Positions 22,548-36,534 of a DNA stretch of 64,000 nt are shown in pieces. Each line of letters begins with the position of its first letter. The stretch's first letter is position 1. A program made the position numbers and the translations under genes. The notes beneath the pieces were generated by a model, which was given only the letters and a program-made list of their open reading frames with translations, searched no databases and was not told the DNA's origin. Origin of the DNA: Neodothiora populina (taxonomy: Eukaryota); NCBI RefSeq assembly GCF_041146345.1, contig NW_027191404.1, forward strand, positions 992,001-1,056,000, written 5' to 3'.

Positions 22548-25500
22548 CCCCCGTCCCCTCGTCTCTCTTCGCTGTTGCTTGAAATCGTGGTTATCGTGGT
22601 TGTGGCCGATGTAGTTATTTCTTTTGTTGCTGCTATCAATCTTTCTTTCTCGCTCTTCCTCTATTGCAACCTCACTGTCTCTAAAGAGCCGGCCGTTGAT
22701 GGCACACCCCGAATCTTCTTCTCTGCCTTGGCTCGTTCAGTGTCCGTCAGGCGCAATAACAGTAACAGTATGGTGACACATCCAGATACGGCAGTCAAGG
22801 GAGGCGCGAGGGATGCCAGAAGCTATTACTTCGCCTAGGCGTGGAAATCACTACCAACACAAGACAAACAACCAACAGGTCACGGGCATTGGAAGCATGG
22901 ATATCGATCGGTCTGTCAAACTGGCAGCTTGCAGTGTCCAGGGTGTGGACCGACCGATCTTGGCTAGGCCCTACTATTCTCAACACCAGTGACGTAGCTT
23001 ACCCTGCGGAAATGCACTTATCCTGCACTAGTCCCTTACCTTTTACCCACCAGCTCCAGATGCCGCCGCCTTCGAAGCCAGGTGCGGTTAGAGGGAACTT
23101 CCGTGAAAGCCACTCAACAGTGGTGAGTGAAGCGTTTCATTCCGTTTCACAGGTCACGATACAGCAGCCGGCACGAGAGCAGAGCATACCTGGTACACAG
23201 CTTGCTCGATAGAGTCTGCCCGAACAAGGCACGAGGTGTGGGTTAGCCTGGGACGACGCTTTGGGTCAAGATGGGCATTGTCGACACGCTTCCATGGCGC
23301 CCGATTTAAGCATACGAAGATGACGACAAGCAAGGGGTAGACGGAAGCTTTTCATGGAGGAGACCAAAGATTTGCGTTTGGATTTGCGTCCCGCTGGGTG
23401 CTGGGCCACCCACCCTTGCTGCTGCAGCTTGATGACCGCTAGGCTTTGCTGTGCTCGCCTCGTACCAGCATTGAAAAGATTCCCATGCTCTCAGCTGAGT
23501 TTTTGTGCATCAGCATGCCTTTCAGAAACAATCCGTTATGCTATTATTTTGCTCACTACTACGACTAAAAAAAAAGCTGATGGCTTGCTTCACAAGTCGG
23601 ATCAAGGTTCAGACTTCCACCGCACGATAATCTCGGCGTCAGCTTGTGCACTCGCCATCTTGGGCAGATTAAGATTCCTAACAATCTTGTTGATGTTCCT
23701 GCCAAATCTCCAGTTGACCGTTGTCTTCATGATCTTTAGTTTCTGCGCCTCCGATTGCTTGCGACTTCAGCTACCGGCGAAGAACCGCCGCAAAGCCCAT
23801 GACTTGGCCTCCACAGCAACAAAATTTGCTTTATTAAAAGGCAGCTTTTCTTAGCAAGATTTCCATGTCTGTTCCGAGGGGGTGATTGGCTTTGAGAGAG
23901 GAAAGGTATTGTGCGCGCGTGTCGAGGCTGACTGTTCTCGATATTATCATCTGCTTGTCAGACTCACGGCGCATGTCGCATTGCTACCGCTCCCAGCACA
24001 ATTACCTAAGGTAAGGTAGGATACCATATCTGGTCCTTGAATCGTGGGAGGGTGGAGGGTGTGTGAACGTCATATCGCCAATCAAATATGGCTAGCGCCA
24101 TTCCCTCGGGAATCTCAGCAGCTTGACACTAAAGAGGCAACCCACTCGCGCGCACCACAAGGGTCCTGTGGTCCTCTCTTTTTGAGGAGTAAACTTCCCA
24201 TCCGCCCCTTTGGGAAGAGGGAAGGGCCGTGTTGTGCTTGAACCGCCGCTGTTGTTGTTGTCGTTGCTGCTGCTGCTGCTCACAGCGCAAAAGGCCCGCC
24301 ACACTGGCTTAGCAGACCGAGCTTCTTGATCTTTGTGCCCTACAATTGTACCATGGTGACCAGCTGATCTACATGTCAATCGCAATTGTTATCTTCTCAA
24401 ATAAGCATTGAAATGTTATTCCAACACTATCCAAATACAATAGATGACTTTTGTTGATTTCAGCGATCTACCACGACTATTATAGATAAACAAGAAAAAA
24501 AGATAGAATAATATGATGCCTCAACCTCTCCCCGCCCCCTCGATACCTATTTGCATACACACATGCAGGGCAGGCATGCTTTCAGCGCACAATTAAACAT
24601 ACATCTTCCCTCTCGATAGCAAAAGCGCTAGCAAGGATGAATGGCGCGACACTATACTCGCACAGTGTATGGAATAGTGAGAAGAGCGGTGGAAGCATTC
24701 CCCCCATCTCACAGTCCTTTCCCGACCGACCCACTGTAAACCGAAGTAATACAGCAAGGTCGGACGCCTCTCCGGAGTCCTTCTCCGGCTGCGAGGGGAG
24801 AGGGAAGAGGAGCGAGAGGGGGCCAAGAAGAGCGGGCAACAGGCGCCGCGAGGTGAGGCTACTACTAGTCAGGCTAGTCGGCTTACTGTACTGTACCTTA
24901 GCAAGGCTAGTGAGCACGAGGGACTACAAGACGAGGAACCGGGAACAGGAACGGAATATAAGGTACAATAATGTAAGAGCACTGTAATTATGTACAGTAC
25001 ATGTGGTCGGCGACGTCTTTTCACCTGGCGTGACGTGCAGTGAGGTGTTGCTTGCACGGTCGCCCATGAATCTCAAGGTAGGAGTACGTACTTGTACCGT
25101 AAGGTGAGGTGAAAAGCACTTGGAGCAGAACGGACAGAACGGAATAGGCGAAATCCGCGCGCGCTTTTACCTAGGTAACTAGGTACCTGACCTTACTGTA
25201 TCTTACTTTGCCGACTTCACGCAGTAGTAGTAGGTGTTTCTCCTTGGTTCGCAGTACCATTCTTTTAACTTGAGTGGGCGCTAAATTCAGGCTGTTTTGT
25301 GAGTTGAACGTCTCGGAGTACGGGCAGGAAATGGACCTGGAATAACGAGTCTTGTTCCTCTCGCATACACTCCCGTAAAAGTATACCAATGTGCAATTTC
25401 AATCACCACTTGACCTGCTCTCACGGCTTCACGCGCATATACTAAGCAGGTATGCTGTTCATATTGTTTACAGGACCTAGATAGTAAGCTCTTGTGTGGT

Positions 25501-26246
25501 CTTCATAAGCTACTGTACAGTACAAGTACAGTGCGATCGTCCATCATGGTCGCGCTTAAGCGCCTGAAGGGCTGAACTGGGTAATGGCAGAGTGCAGCAG
25601 AGTAGAGTAAAAAAATTGATACGGCTCACTCGAGCCGATTTTTGTACTACCTAGGTAATCTACAGTACAGTACAGTAAGGTACTCTTTCACTATGAGGTA
25701 TCATTTGTTTGTTTTATCTTATCTCCGGGGCCATTAAAAAAGCATGACAGCTCATGCGCTCATTGGGGTCCTGTGCTTGTTGGAGTGTGCACAGATGCAA
25801 GTTAGTCTGTTGTTATTATTGCTGCTGCCCTGATGACGTTCCTGGTCCTGAGAAACATGTGGACCGAGGGCACCCATTTATTGAAAATGTATACTGTATG
25901 ACCCAGCTTTGCACTTCATATCGATTGGCTGCGCCATCTGGCCGATGCATATCTCCCAATGCGCACATCCGCATGCATGCGAGGGCCACGGGTTTCCTCA
26001 TCGATAAAGGTCTCCTGATTATCGTCTTTAGGAGAACGATCGTTGTGTTACACGTGCGATCTGCCATCAGTGACGCTTCCGTGCGAACATAACGTGTTTT
26101 CGGATCGGATCGTGTTTCGGTTCCTCTTGACGTTTCGGCCCAAAGTTCTCCACTAAATGCTCGAGTTGCCTCCGAGCGGCGGCGTCTTCGAGCTTTCGGC
26201 GAAACTCTTGGTTGGCATGATATCTTACCAACTCCCGATCGAGATC

Positions 26247-27598
26247 CTATCTCAGTTCCGTGTTGCCGTTCGCCACTACCTTTGGAGTGGAGGGACCCGT
26301 ACTGGACGGTAATAGCTTGATTTGCTTGATTAGGTAGGACTTTTCGTCAGAAAACTGGTCGTCCTCGGTGCGGTCGGCTAGGAAGTTGGGGAGGAAATCT
26401 AATAGACGCTGCTTGTTCATCGTCAAAAGTCTCTTTACTTCAGGGGACTTATTAGGATTCGCAGCAAAGATCTGAAGGGTCATGTAAGTTTGGATCGGGC
26501 TTAGCAGAACTGGGTATGCTGACCTTGAAAACGTGGAAAGCCTCATACTGCACCATTTTCCGGTCATCCTTAAGTTGCCACATTATGAGCTTAAGGTTGT
26601 CGCCAGACTCAACATAGCGTGTCATGATATCGTAGAATTGGCGGTCGAGCAAGACTTCGCCCAGTAATTTGATGGATTGTCTCTTAGTGACATAACTTTC
26701 CGACTTTATCAGAATAGTGTTGTATTTCTCGAAAAAAAGATCAAAGTTGGTGTCGACGTATTTTGCGACTATGGGCTTGTGCCGTACGAGTATTTGCTAC
26801 AGCTGTTAGTGGAGTGGAGAGAATGAGAGGCATGAGTATGCGCGACGTACTCTGAATGTGTCGAAGGCGTCGGTGCTGACTTCAAATAGACTCTTGTCGA
26901 TCCACTCAAAGAACTTCCAGAAGACACCCCTCCCTGACGAAGGCTGTGATGTATCGATGCTTCCCAAGTCAAGCGGTGGGCCGCTCGGCTCATCATAGAG
27001 TATCAGTGCAGTGACTGCGTCGTGCTTCAGCGCTTCCTTCAATATACCCCCGCACGGCATCGCGCTCTCTCTTCGATCGTAGCCGTTGCATAGCGCAATT
27101 ATGATCTCGGGTCTGGTTGTAATGATGTATTGCAGTGCGATGGGCTCGGTGGAATCGGATCCCGGTTGCTTAAACCGGAGTACGTTCGAGATGATCGTCT
27201 GAGTGTCTTTGCGGGCCTCGAAAGGCAGGCGATGGATGTTCTCGGCGAGGAGACGCAGAAGATCCTCGGTCAACAGGAATTGGACGAGCTGAAAAACCTG
27301 ATCTGGACTGACTTCGAGTTCTGCGCGATATCAGCCAAGGTGATATACAAGTGAAGTGTGCCAGGTCAACACACCTGGTGTGCCTTGTAGGATAACTTTC
27401 ATCTGTGAGAGATTCCTAGCGAGCTCCTCTTCTATCTGTGCCCCGCAGTCAGTATGGCTCTTGATACCACAGACTCATACACCACTGCACCTTTGGCGAG
27501 GGTTTATCCTCAGCAATCAGCTTTGTGATTAACTCCTTTGTTGACCTGGTCAACTCCTGGTTCGACCTGGTCTTGGTTCTCCCAAACAAGAACGCCAT
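26247..27598 (-). CDS. hymA: Mo25-family scaffold, conidiophore development protein HymA; exons 27491-27598, 27375-27435, 26851-27320, 26524-26796, 26247-26471
   Basis: MAFLFGR start; LPFEARKD; FEVSTDAFDTFR; SESYVTKRQSIKLLGEVLLDR; VQYEAFHVFK|IFAANPNKS; DDQFSDEKSYLIKQI. Four introns keep the frame open. Confidence 0.93.
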
Positions 27599-27890
27599 GA
27601 CACCTGATGCTCTTCCTCAGCCTCTCGCGCACACACGGTGAAGCAATAGTAAAGATACGATGGAGAGAAGAAGAGAAAATAGCAGCAGGCTACACCCAAG
27701 GAAAGAACACAAACATCGGCCAATGCGGATGTCACAGAAACACAAGGAGATTGTTCCAGGTCTGGTAGGGTCGGTGAGGGTAACCATATAGGGCAACCAC
27801 GTAGGGCTGTCCCGAGTGTGTACACAACTGTGGGGAAAGGGGCTCTTCGAAACGGCGGCGGCGGCTGTCACATGCTTTTCTCAGCAAATA

Positions 27891-27912
27891 TACCTACCTA
27901 CCTACCTACCTA
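27891..27912 (+). repeat. (TACC)n tetranucleotide repeat upstream of hymA
   Basis: tacctacctacctacctaccta read directly. Confidence 0.85.
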
Positions 27913-30900
27913 GTCATTCAATCGGAGACCCATTGGCTTCTTCTGATACTGCACCGCAGTGTGGTTTAACACCTAGATCCAGACATATAAATACTGTGTG
28001 GTTAAGCAATCGACAGCCAGACTCGGCGGCTGCTAGAAAGCTGCTGTCAATCTTGCCGAGACCGAGGGCGACCCTGTTCTTACGTGACTCTCTTCTGTGT
28101 GCCTCGTCTCGAGTAAACAATCGATATTGCACCATGTCGAGAGAAGGAGAAGCGATCTCAGATGCGACATCCCTGATTACTGTAATATTTGAAAACCCGT
28201 ACAGGGCCCTATGTGCTGCTGTGGCATGGATCGCACATACTATCGGTCGTCATGGCTAGATGGGCACCAAGTGCTCGAATGCAACTGACTCAACTTTCAC
28301 CCACAGAGCTCTTGTCAACACATATACCTACCACAACACCCATCATTTCTACAACACTGCTCGTTTACCGCGGTAAGTGACTGAGCTGGAAGGTGTTCGC
28401 TGTAGGAAATATGGACACGATAGCCATCTCGACATCATCGACGTGTAGTATATAACTACTCCCATCCATTGAAACGTCTCACTCAGCAAAAGCCATCGTG
28501 GAATCAGTACGTACTGTAAAGTACTGGAGGTTTCGGCGGTCCGATGAGCCCACCCGTCATGAGTGAATATCGTGAATGGTATGTGCTTGTATTGGTAATC
28601 AAAAATTGTGACTGCATGCAATCACAACATTCGGGCTTCAAGGCGGGCCGATGAAGGAAAGACACCAAAGAGGCACCAGCGGCGGCTGGAGAGGCCCGAA
28701 AACGTAGCAAAGGCGATATGTCATGAATGCCACAAGGACATGAGTGGACGTGCTAGGAATGACATGATGCTGTACCACGTATAATGTGCAGAATGTGTAA
28801 AGTTTGAGCGATGGCCCACGAGGACAATGATATTGTTTGAATGCTAAATCTTAATATGTGGTTATAGTCTATTGAATAGAACAACAAACATAGCTGGGAC
28901 ATGGCCATAGACGACTACAGATAGATCTGACCGATGGTTAGTCTGGTTCATGGTATTGCAAGCAACGGAGATATGTGAGTAGTTTTAGGGGAAAAAGATC
29001 AGATAGGAGCGAAAGATGATGGTAATAGTTTTTCCTCAAGAAATATCGGTTGAACTATGCATTGGTATTTTGAATCATCATGATGTGAGGCAGGGTGTTA
29101 TGTAACCCGGAGCAAGAAAAGGGGTATGCTTACGATCACATTGAATGGAGTATGACGACTGCTTGACCACATCACATCTCATGATGCTAAGTATAGCAAG
29201 AAAATTGCGATGAGATGTGGTCATCACTGTGTTCATTGACTCAGGTTGCTAATAGGATGTACGTCCATCGAGGCAGTGCGTTAGACGAAATTACGAGAGC
29301 TTAGACCACAAGAATGAGCACCAGGCGAGGACTGCCGGTCGTTCATCTACTATGCTCGGAACACCATGGAAGGTGAATGGAGTTACCGGGGGAGTGGTTC
29401 CGGATCTGATGGATGCTCTTCTGGGGCGAAGCTGCTCCGGGTGGACGGTGGGTAGTCCTGTCAGAATACGCGCTACGCTATGAACTAGCAATATGTCAGT
29501 TTGAGAACACCGTCATGGAACACCAGCGACGAGGAAGGATATATTCCAGAAATCAGAGATGCGACAAGCGCGTTGGATTTAATCGTATAGCGGGGTCTTA
29601 CGCCGCCTCATAAACACGGACCAATTTTGTTTCATCATGAAAGGGTAGGTACAGGATGATGGTGAAGAAGAAAGGAATGAGTATCGCGTACCTGAATTAC
29701 AATCTTGCAAGGACTGTGAAAATTGCCGTCACACAACCTTACTGAGCTATAGTACGTGAATACCTGCAGGGTACTGCTCATATTATCGCATGTGGCGAGA
29801 CATGAGGCCGCTGTGGAGCCATCAGAGCCGACAGTGCCATGACAGGTGCAGTCCTAGCTGCAAAGCATTGTTGCCAATGGCAGCAGTATCATATCTTCAT
29901 TGTGCAACTTCCGACGAGCTGAAGATAAGCACTGCAGACATTCGACAAGGGCGAAGTGATGGGCAACAATGTTGAGGTACTGTGTATGAAGTTGAAGAAA
30001 ACTCTGGCGTCGGGAAATTTTATTTGTTGATGATAAGGATAACGCGAGTCAGTAAGAAGAAACTTACGTTTCAAATTTCAGTTGCACTTTCAAGGTCAGA
30101 TATCTATATGACGCCGCATTACCGGGTGTTCTTAGGTTACACCTGCGCCCGTGCGACAAGCGAAATTTGATGGACATGCGTAGTACTGTAGCATGGCGCG
30201 AGCAGAGGTACAGTACCTGCGGCATTCATTATTAATGCAGAGCCCAATGTGCCGACCGTAGTCGACTGGGTAGGTAGTCAAGAGCGAGTAGGAACATAAG
30301 TCTCAGAGATATATGTATACACTTATACAGGGATTCAATCACTGTAGGTCTCAGGTACCATCTAAGGAGCATCTAAGGAGCATTTGGGCAGAGAGATATA
30401 CAGTAGATCTTGGAACTCGTAAAACGTTGTCACATGGCCAACGGCCCGCGCGCGGATAGCCTCTCATATACTTGCACTGAATGCCCAAGTGCGTCACGGG
30501 TAGGGCATCTGGACAAGGAAATGATTGGCGACCTTGACCTCTCAGCCATTGGGTTTGGCGGGTCAATATGGCACGCTTCCAAAAGGATTCCATGGCTGGC
30601 GATCTTCCATTCCGGCACAGAAGTCCACTGACGGTGTTGTTGTGGTGTGTGCACATGCAGCTTTCCCGATTCTGTCGCGCCCACACCGCATGCACAGGCC
30701 GGAGGTCGCATCGTGGTCGTCGTCATGATGCCAGAGCGATACGTCTGTTGTTTCTTAATAAAATTGGGGGGTGTATCTCCCATCATATAGCGGACAGTGG
30801 TTGCTGAGCCGAAAGTGAAAGACGTTTTGGAAGCAACGCAGATCACGACACGTCAATCACAGGGCCGTATACCTGACCTCTGGAAGCGTCAGAACCGGCA

Positions 30901-31182
30901 GTAGTCCCGCGAAAAAGCACGACCTGTTCTATCTAGACGTGGCAGATCAAGCCAACCCTGCACAGGGATCTGCTGCTGTGCTGTGCGTTTGCTTTCGCAT
31001 CGCGGTTCACTGTACCAGCGCCCTGCCTGCTTGTGCTTGCTGTTGTGTGCGCGCGCGCCGTCGGATCTACATAGAGTAGCAGTGGTGTAGGTGCTTGACG
31101 AGTGAAGCAAAGGCATGCGCGCCTTTTGTCTGCTGCTATCAGAGTGTCAAAAAGTCCTCGTTCGGCCCGCTATGACTACAGC

Positions 31183-31603
31183 ATGAGTACTGGGGCCTCG
31201 ACACGTGCCCAGCACTCAAGAAGATCTACTGCACACAACAGGGAAGATAGTGCAGAAGAAAGAGAGACATCCGATAATAAATCTCCTACAAGATCTGCAC
31301 AGGCCGGTCCCTCACAAGAATCAAACACGCGATCCACTCGATCAAGAATACGCAAGAAGTCTATTCGAAATGCCAAGGACAGTGCAGAAATGGCTAGAAT
31401 AAGATACGAAAGGAGATGGGGGCACGATGTTGCCCAACAGCAGCAGTCGCCCCAGTCTGCTCGATCTGGCAATCATCTCGACCATCTGTCGAGACATGAA
31501 CAAAACAAGGCGCAAGTCGGGAAGTCGCTCGAATCGCAAGCAGCAACAAACCATCATCATGCGCGTCCTTTGACCCCTCCGCGCACTGCCGACGTTCAGC
31601 AGC

Positions 31604-31652
<49 letters not shown>

Positions 31653-32153
31653 ACCGCAGCAGAGTCACCACCACCGTCAGCACCACCTCCACCTTCACCT
31701 CCCCCACCACACTGCTCACTCCTGGCACGACCAATTGCACAAGAGCGCTGCTGCTCTTACATCACTGCCCCCAGGCCCCACGTCGATCGACCCATCCCAA
31801 GCATCACAGTCCTCGAATGGCGCTCGTCTGTTGCCCTCTCGTAACTCCTCCGAGCTCTACCTGCCAATACAAGGCCGGCCGGGCCAGGGTCAGATCGACG
31901 ACCACCTGTACAAAGTGAGGTCCCCGAGCTTCGACTCAGTCCGCCCCGACATGGTGTTCAGACGACGTAGCACTTCCCCTCCGAGGCCCAGGACCTCCAA
32001 CGGCCTGGATTCATCCTTTCTCGAAGTTCCTATACCTCACTATAGGCTCGGGACGCCGCAATTCAGTGAGCGGGGCACCGCTTTTCTGCACAACTCCATC
32101 CACACTGCCTTCTCAAGCATTGTAGATCTTAGCTCACTGCAACCACAACAACC

Positions 32154-32184
<31 letters not shown>

Positions 32185-35100
32185 CCTAACGACAGTGCTC
32201 ACAGACTGTTTTCTACCCCGAAGCCGCCGCGTCCTCTCAGCTACACTCCGCTACGAAGATCACCCACCTCATGGTTTTCTCCATCCGCAGCCCCAGCTGC
32301 CGAAGATGCCCGCTTCCCTCCTTTACACTTTCCGCAGGAAGACCCGAGAGCGATCCATCCGTCCATCTATACTAGGCTTACCGAGGACGTTGATAATCCA
32401 GCATGGGTCACTTATGCGCCGGGAAAGAGCGAGGTCATTGCTGCATCGAAGGCGCGGTTGATTATGGAGATCACCTCCGTCCGTTTCCTGGACTACGACC
32501 TTCTGTCCGATTTCTTCCTGACCTATCGCTCATTCATGACCCCCGCTGATTTGACGCGCTACCTCTTCGCGCGTTTGCGCTGGGCTGTGTCGCAAAACGA
32601 CTCATTTGGACGAATTGTCAGAGTACGAACGTTTGTCGCATTGCGTCATTGGGTATTGAACTACTTCATGGACGACTTCGAGCCCGATTTCGCTTTGCGC
32701 TCTCTTTTCTGCGACTTGGTCAACGGCTTGGCAAATGACTTGAAACAACGTCCCGGAGGTGGCGGAGGAGATTACCAAGTCCTCAATGAGTTGAAGAAAT
32801 GCTGGAGAAGGACATGCGCATCCGTATGGGGAGACAACGATACTCCGGACGAGTATACTGCTCAAATCAGCGAAGCTGCTTCATCAGACTCTGGTGTCAG
32901 CATTCCGGATATGGCAGGTGCTACACCTCCCTCTGCTATGCAGGCAACGGATATGATCCGACCTGGGGGTGCGTCGTATTTCGATTCTTCATCTACTGAA
33001 GCTGGGCGCAAGCAGAGTGTGCCAGAGTCGCCCTTCAGTGATACTAGCCTATATGTCACCTCTTGCTCGATACCCATGCGGAAGAAGTCTAGACCGAACT
33101 TCACAAGCCATAAAGCTGCAGAGGTGAGAAGTCACCAGCAATTACCCCAGTCCCAACAAATGCCGCAGAAAAGGCCTACTTCCAAACATCAACGCAGCGG
33201 CAGCTTCTCCGACGCATTGCGAGATGGTCGTGTCCCTACATCGTCTCAGGTTGAGGAGACTCCCGAGCCATTGTCAGCAGAATCCCACTTCCGTGGTGCT
33301 CTCATCAGGGGTAGCCTGTTTCCTCCAAACCCTGCAAATGTCTTCATACCTGGCCCGCTGAGTCCAGTGGTATCCACTTTGCAAGAGCGAAGTCGCACAA
33401 ATGCCGATGCCAACTCACTCCTCCACCCAGACTCCATATCTAATCCAGCGGTGATGAAACTTCTCGGCGGCGTACGTCGAGCGCTGAGCACACGCCATAA
33501 CTCCAAACCCTCTCTCCAGTCGTTGGCTTCCGGACATAAAGTGACAAGCTCTGGCGACTTGCGCAAATTGCGAGCCAGTCAATCTCAGGGCAGGCCGTCA
33601 ACCGCGCTGGACCGGCCCACGAAGCGTGAGGTCCCGCGTTCTGACGCCCTAGCCGCAATGGCTGCACGCTCCTACGAAGAGGTGAAGCAACAAGCCTCCA
33701 ATCCAGAGTCTGCGGGGACCGCCGACGATGAACATGGCTCGCGGACTCACTCTGATCTTATACCTGCCAAGGACAGACCGCTCGGACCGACACGGTTCAA
33801 CAGCCATATCACCACAAGCAGCCGATCGATTCTCATCGTAGATGATACTGGATTAGGTTCTCCGCCTCTTCGCCAGCCTACATGGTTCCAAGAGCATCGC
33901 CGAAATGCCAGCAGAGGAGAGAGCTACAGCAGACCCACCGCGACGCCGACTACAAACAGCCCTACCTTCATGCTGCCAATCTTCGACATTCGCACATCAC
34001 CAGTCGAGAAGATCGAGTTGGTCGAGCTCCGTAATCCTAGGGGTCACAATGCGCATCAATTGTCAGCTGGCAGCATCATGGGTGCGCCTCTCTCGCCGCC
34101 TCCAACCGCACCCTTGCCACCCATTCCGGCACGATCCAACATTGGTACAGGTCGCACCCTTACGGACAGAAGGTTCTACAGTCCGACCCCGGATTCTCCA
34201 AGGACCACCAGATCCGGTGCCGAGAGCTCGCAAAACTCGTCGGCAACTCCAACAAGCCAGATCGGACTTGCACTCGGGACTCCGGCACAGCAGCATTCCC
34301 CCGTTAGCCAGGCCTCAAGTAGCCCGAGGGACGAGATTCGAGCTGGATCGCTTGAGCCAGAGCCAGAGCAGGAACAGGAGCAAGACCACGATGCTGGTGC
34401 GCCGCGGCTACTAAGGAGGAGACCAGGAGGCAATCTCCGAGCTGTCGATACCGTCCATGACTTGGGGACTCTTCATAGGCGACAATCTACTGGCTCGCTG
34501 TACTCACCAAGCTTCTCATCGCCAACAAGCTCTCTTCTATCGCCCGAGAACACTGTCAGCATTGCCTCGATGTGGTTCAGATCCGAGATGAAGGATAAAT
34601 CTACGGATAACATCATAAGGGACGGCCGACGTAGGAGCTCTTTGAGGCTGCTGTCTACACATTCTTCGCAGCCAAATCTGCGCCCGTCCTTTGAATCGGA
34701 TATTAAAAGATTGGCTTCACTACCCGCGGATGATGAAGACGGCGATATCGAGACAACCTTGATGAAGCTTGAGGGTCGCTTTCAGCCAAGCCGTCAATCG
34801 GAGAACACGCACTCGAATACCGATTCGCCATTTACCGACGACTTTCCCCCGCTAGAGCGCTCTGGTGAGGGCCTCGGCGGCAATACCCTCTCAAGTTCTC
34901 TCAGAACGATCAGCCGGTCTATCTATGATGGTGCTGTTCCCCCAGTAACACCGAGGACCGAAACAATGGGTGCCAGCATATATTCAATGTCTCGGGCTTC
35001 GCGGGAGACTATCACCAACACACCGGGACGCCCGACCACCCCGGATCAAGTGTACGTCACAGGCGCTTCTCTTCAAGGCTCTGACAAAGAGCTGAAGAGG

Positions 35101-36534
35101 TGGCGGCGATCGTCGAGAGTCTTGTTGTCTCCAGAGCCACGGCTGCTTTCACCAGGCGGGCAGCATATCTGGTCGGTCGAAGACCCATACGTTAGAAAGC
35201 AAGAATTTGCGGAACAGCAGACAAGAGCTGGATGCAGTTTTTCCAGTAGTAAGCGGTCTAACAGCGAAGTCACCTCTTCTGATCGCACGAGGTCGACTTT
35301 CCTGCTGGACGATAATGAATCTCTTGCAGAAGCTGGCTCCGTCAGACGTGCAGCAAGCGCCATGTGGGCTCCTTCACAGCACTACGCCCAGCGAAGCTTT
35401 CTGCTTGACGACGAGGATTCTGCTGATGTTCAGCAATCTGCTAAATTTGTGCATCATGTTCACAATTCACACCCGCCTACTCCACCAGCAACTGTGGGAG
35501 CACTGTCTGACGCTGCGTCGATAGCGCCGACTCCATCTATGTTAACGCCGGGCCCACCTCCTCATTCCGACTCTCCAGTCATGACAAACCGCTCGTCTGA
35601 GGAGGATCACGACAAGCAAATGAGCTTCACACCGCGCAAGCAGCGCAAAGGACCGCCATTGCGACTGCATCTGCCGCGTCATATACCATCCCACCACACG
35701 CCTTTCATTCTAGCATACAGCTCATCTGTCTTGGCAGGTCAATTCACATTGATAGAGAAAGACGCACTTGACTGTATAGATTGGAAAGACTTGGTAAATT
35801 TGTCTTGGTCGCCAAATCCACCAGCGATTCGGGACTGGGCACAGTACACGCACTCACTATCGTCTCCGTCCAGCGAGATCAGCAGTATAGATTTAATTAT
35901 CGCTCGTTTCAACCTGGTCATCAAATGGTGTATTTCCTCCGTTCTCCTATGCGCCACACCGGAGGAAAGAGCGACTTGTATCACCAAATTCATTCACACA
36001 GCCAATCACGCTCACAGCAGGCTCCGCAATTTCGCCACAACCGCTCAGATCGCCATCGGCCTCCTGTCCTCGGATCTCTCGCGCCTCGACAAAACATGGG
36101 CCTTGGTCCCCTCAGCCGAAAAGGACATCCTGAAGCGTCTGGAAGCGCTCGTGAGTCCCATGCGCAACTTTGCCGTCTTGCGAGCAGAGATGGAGTCTGC
36201 AGCAGCCACATTGGAAGAATCAGAAGTTGGAGAGGACAAAGGCGTCATTCCTTTCGTAGGAGTCTACACGCGAGATCTAGCGCTCAACGCGCAGAAGCCC
36301 GCGACTGTCCCACCAGGCGCGAGCAGAAGGCCCACAGAGGGACGCGAACCAGAGCAACTGATCAACTTCGAGCGTCAAAGAACAGCCGCCACCATTGTCA
36401 AAGGCGTCTTGAGACTTCTCGATGCGAGCTCGAGATACACCATACAACCCAATCAAGAAGTCCTCAGTCGCTGCCTGTGGCTCGCTGCTTTGGGCGACGG
36501 AGAAATATCCTCTTTGAGGAAAGGACTAGAATAG
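31183..36534 (+). CDS. lte1: Lte1-like Ras guanine nucleotide exchange factor (REM + RasGEF); start codon uncertain
   Basis: REM domain RLIMEITS..LDYDLLSDFFLTYRSF...IVRVRTFVALRHWVLNYF; DIETTLMKLEG motif; C-terminal CDC25 domain (LAGQFTLIEKDAL, IARFNLVIKW, LRNFAT, IPFVGVY, LINFER). The first in-frame ATG is 31183; the ORF track starts at a GTG at 31102. Confidence 0.85.
31597..31650 (+). repeat. Coding (CAG)n/(GAGCAG)n repeat encoding QQQQ(EQ)n in Lte1-like gene
   Basis: Read directly; a second (CAA)n poly-Q tract lies at about 32140-32184. Confidence 0.85.

Noticed and set aside
28700..29300. AT-richer intergenic stretch, considered as a RIP-degraded transposon
   Set aside because: CpA/TpG dinucleotides remain abundant, and there are no terminal repeats or transposase/RT remnants.
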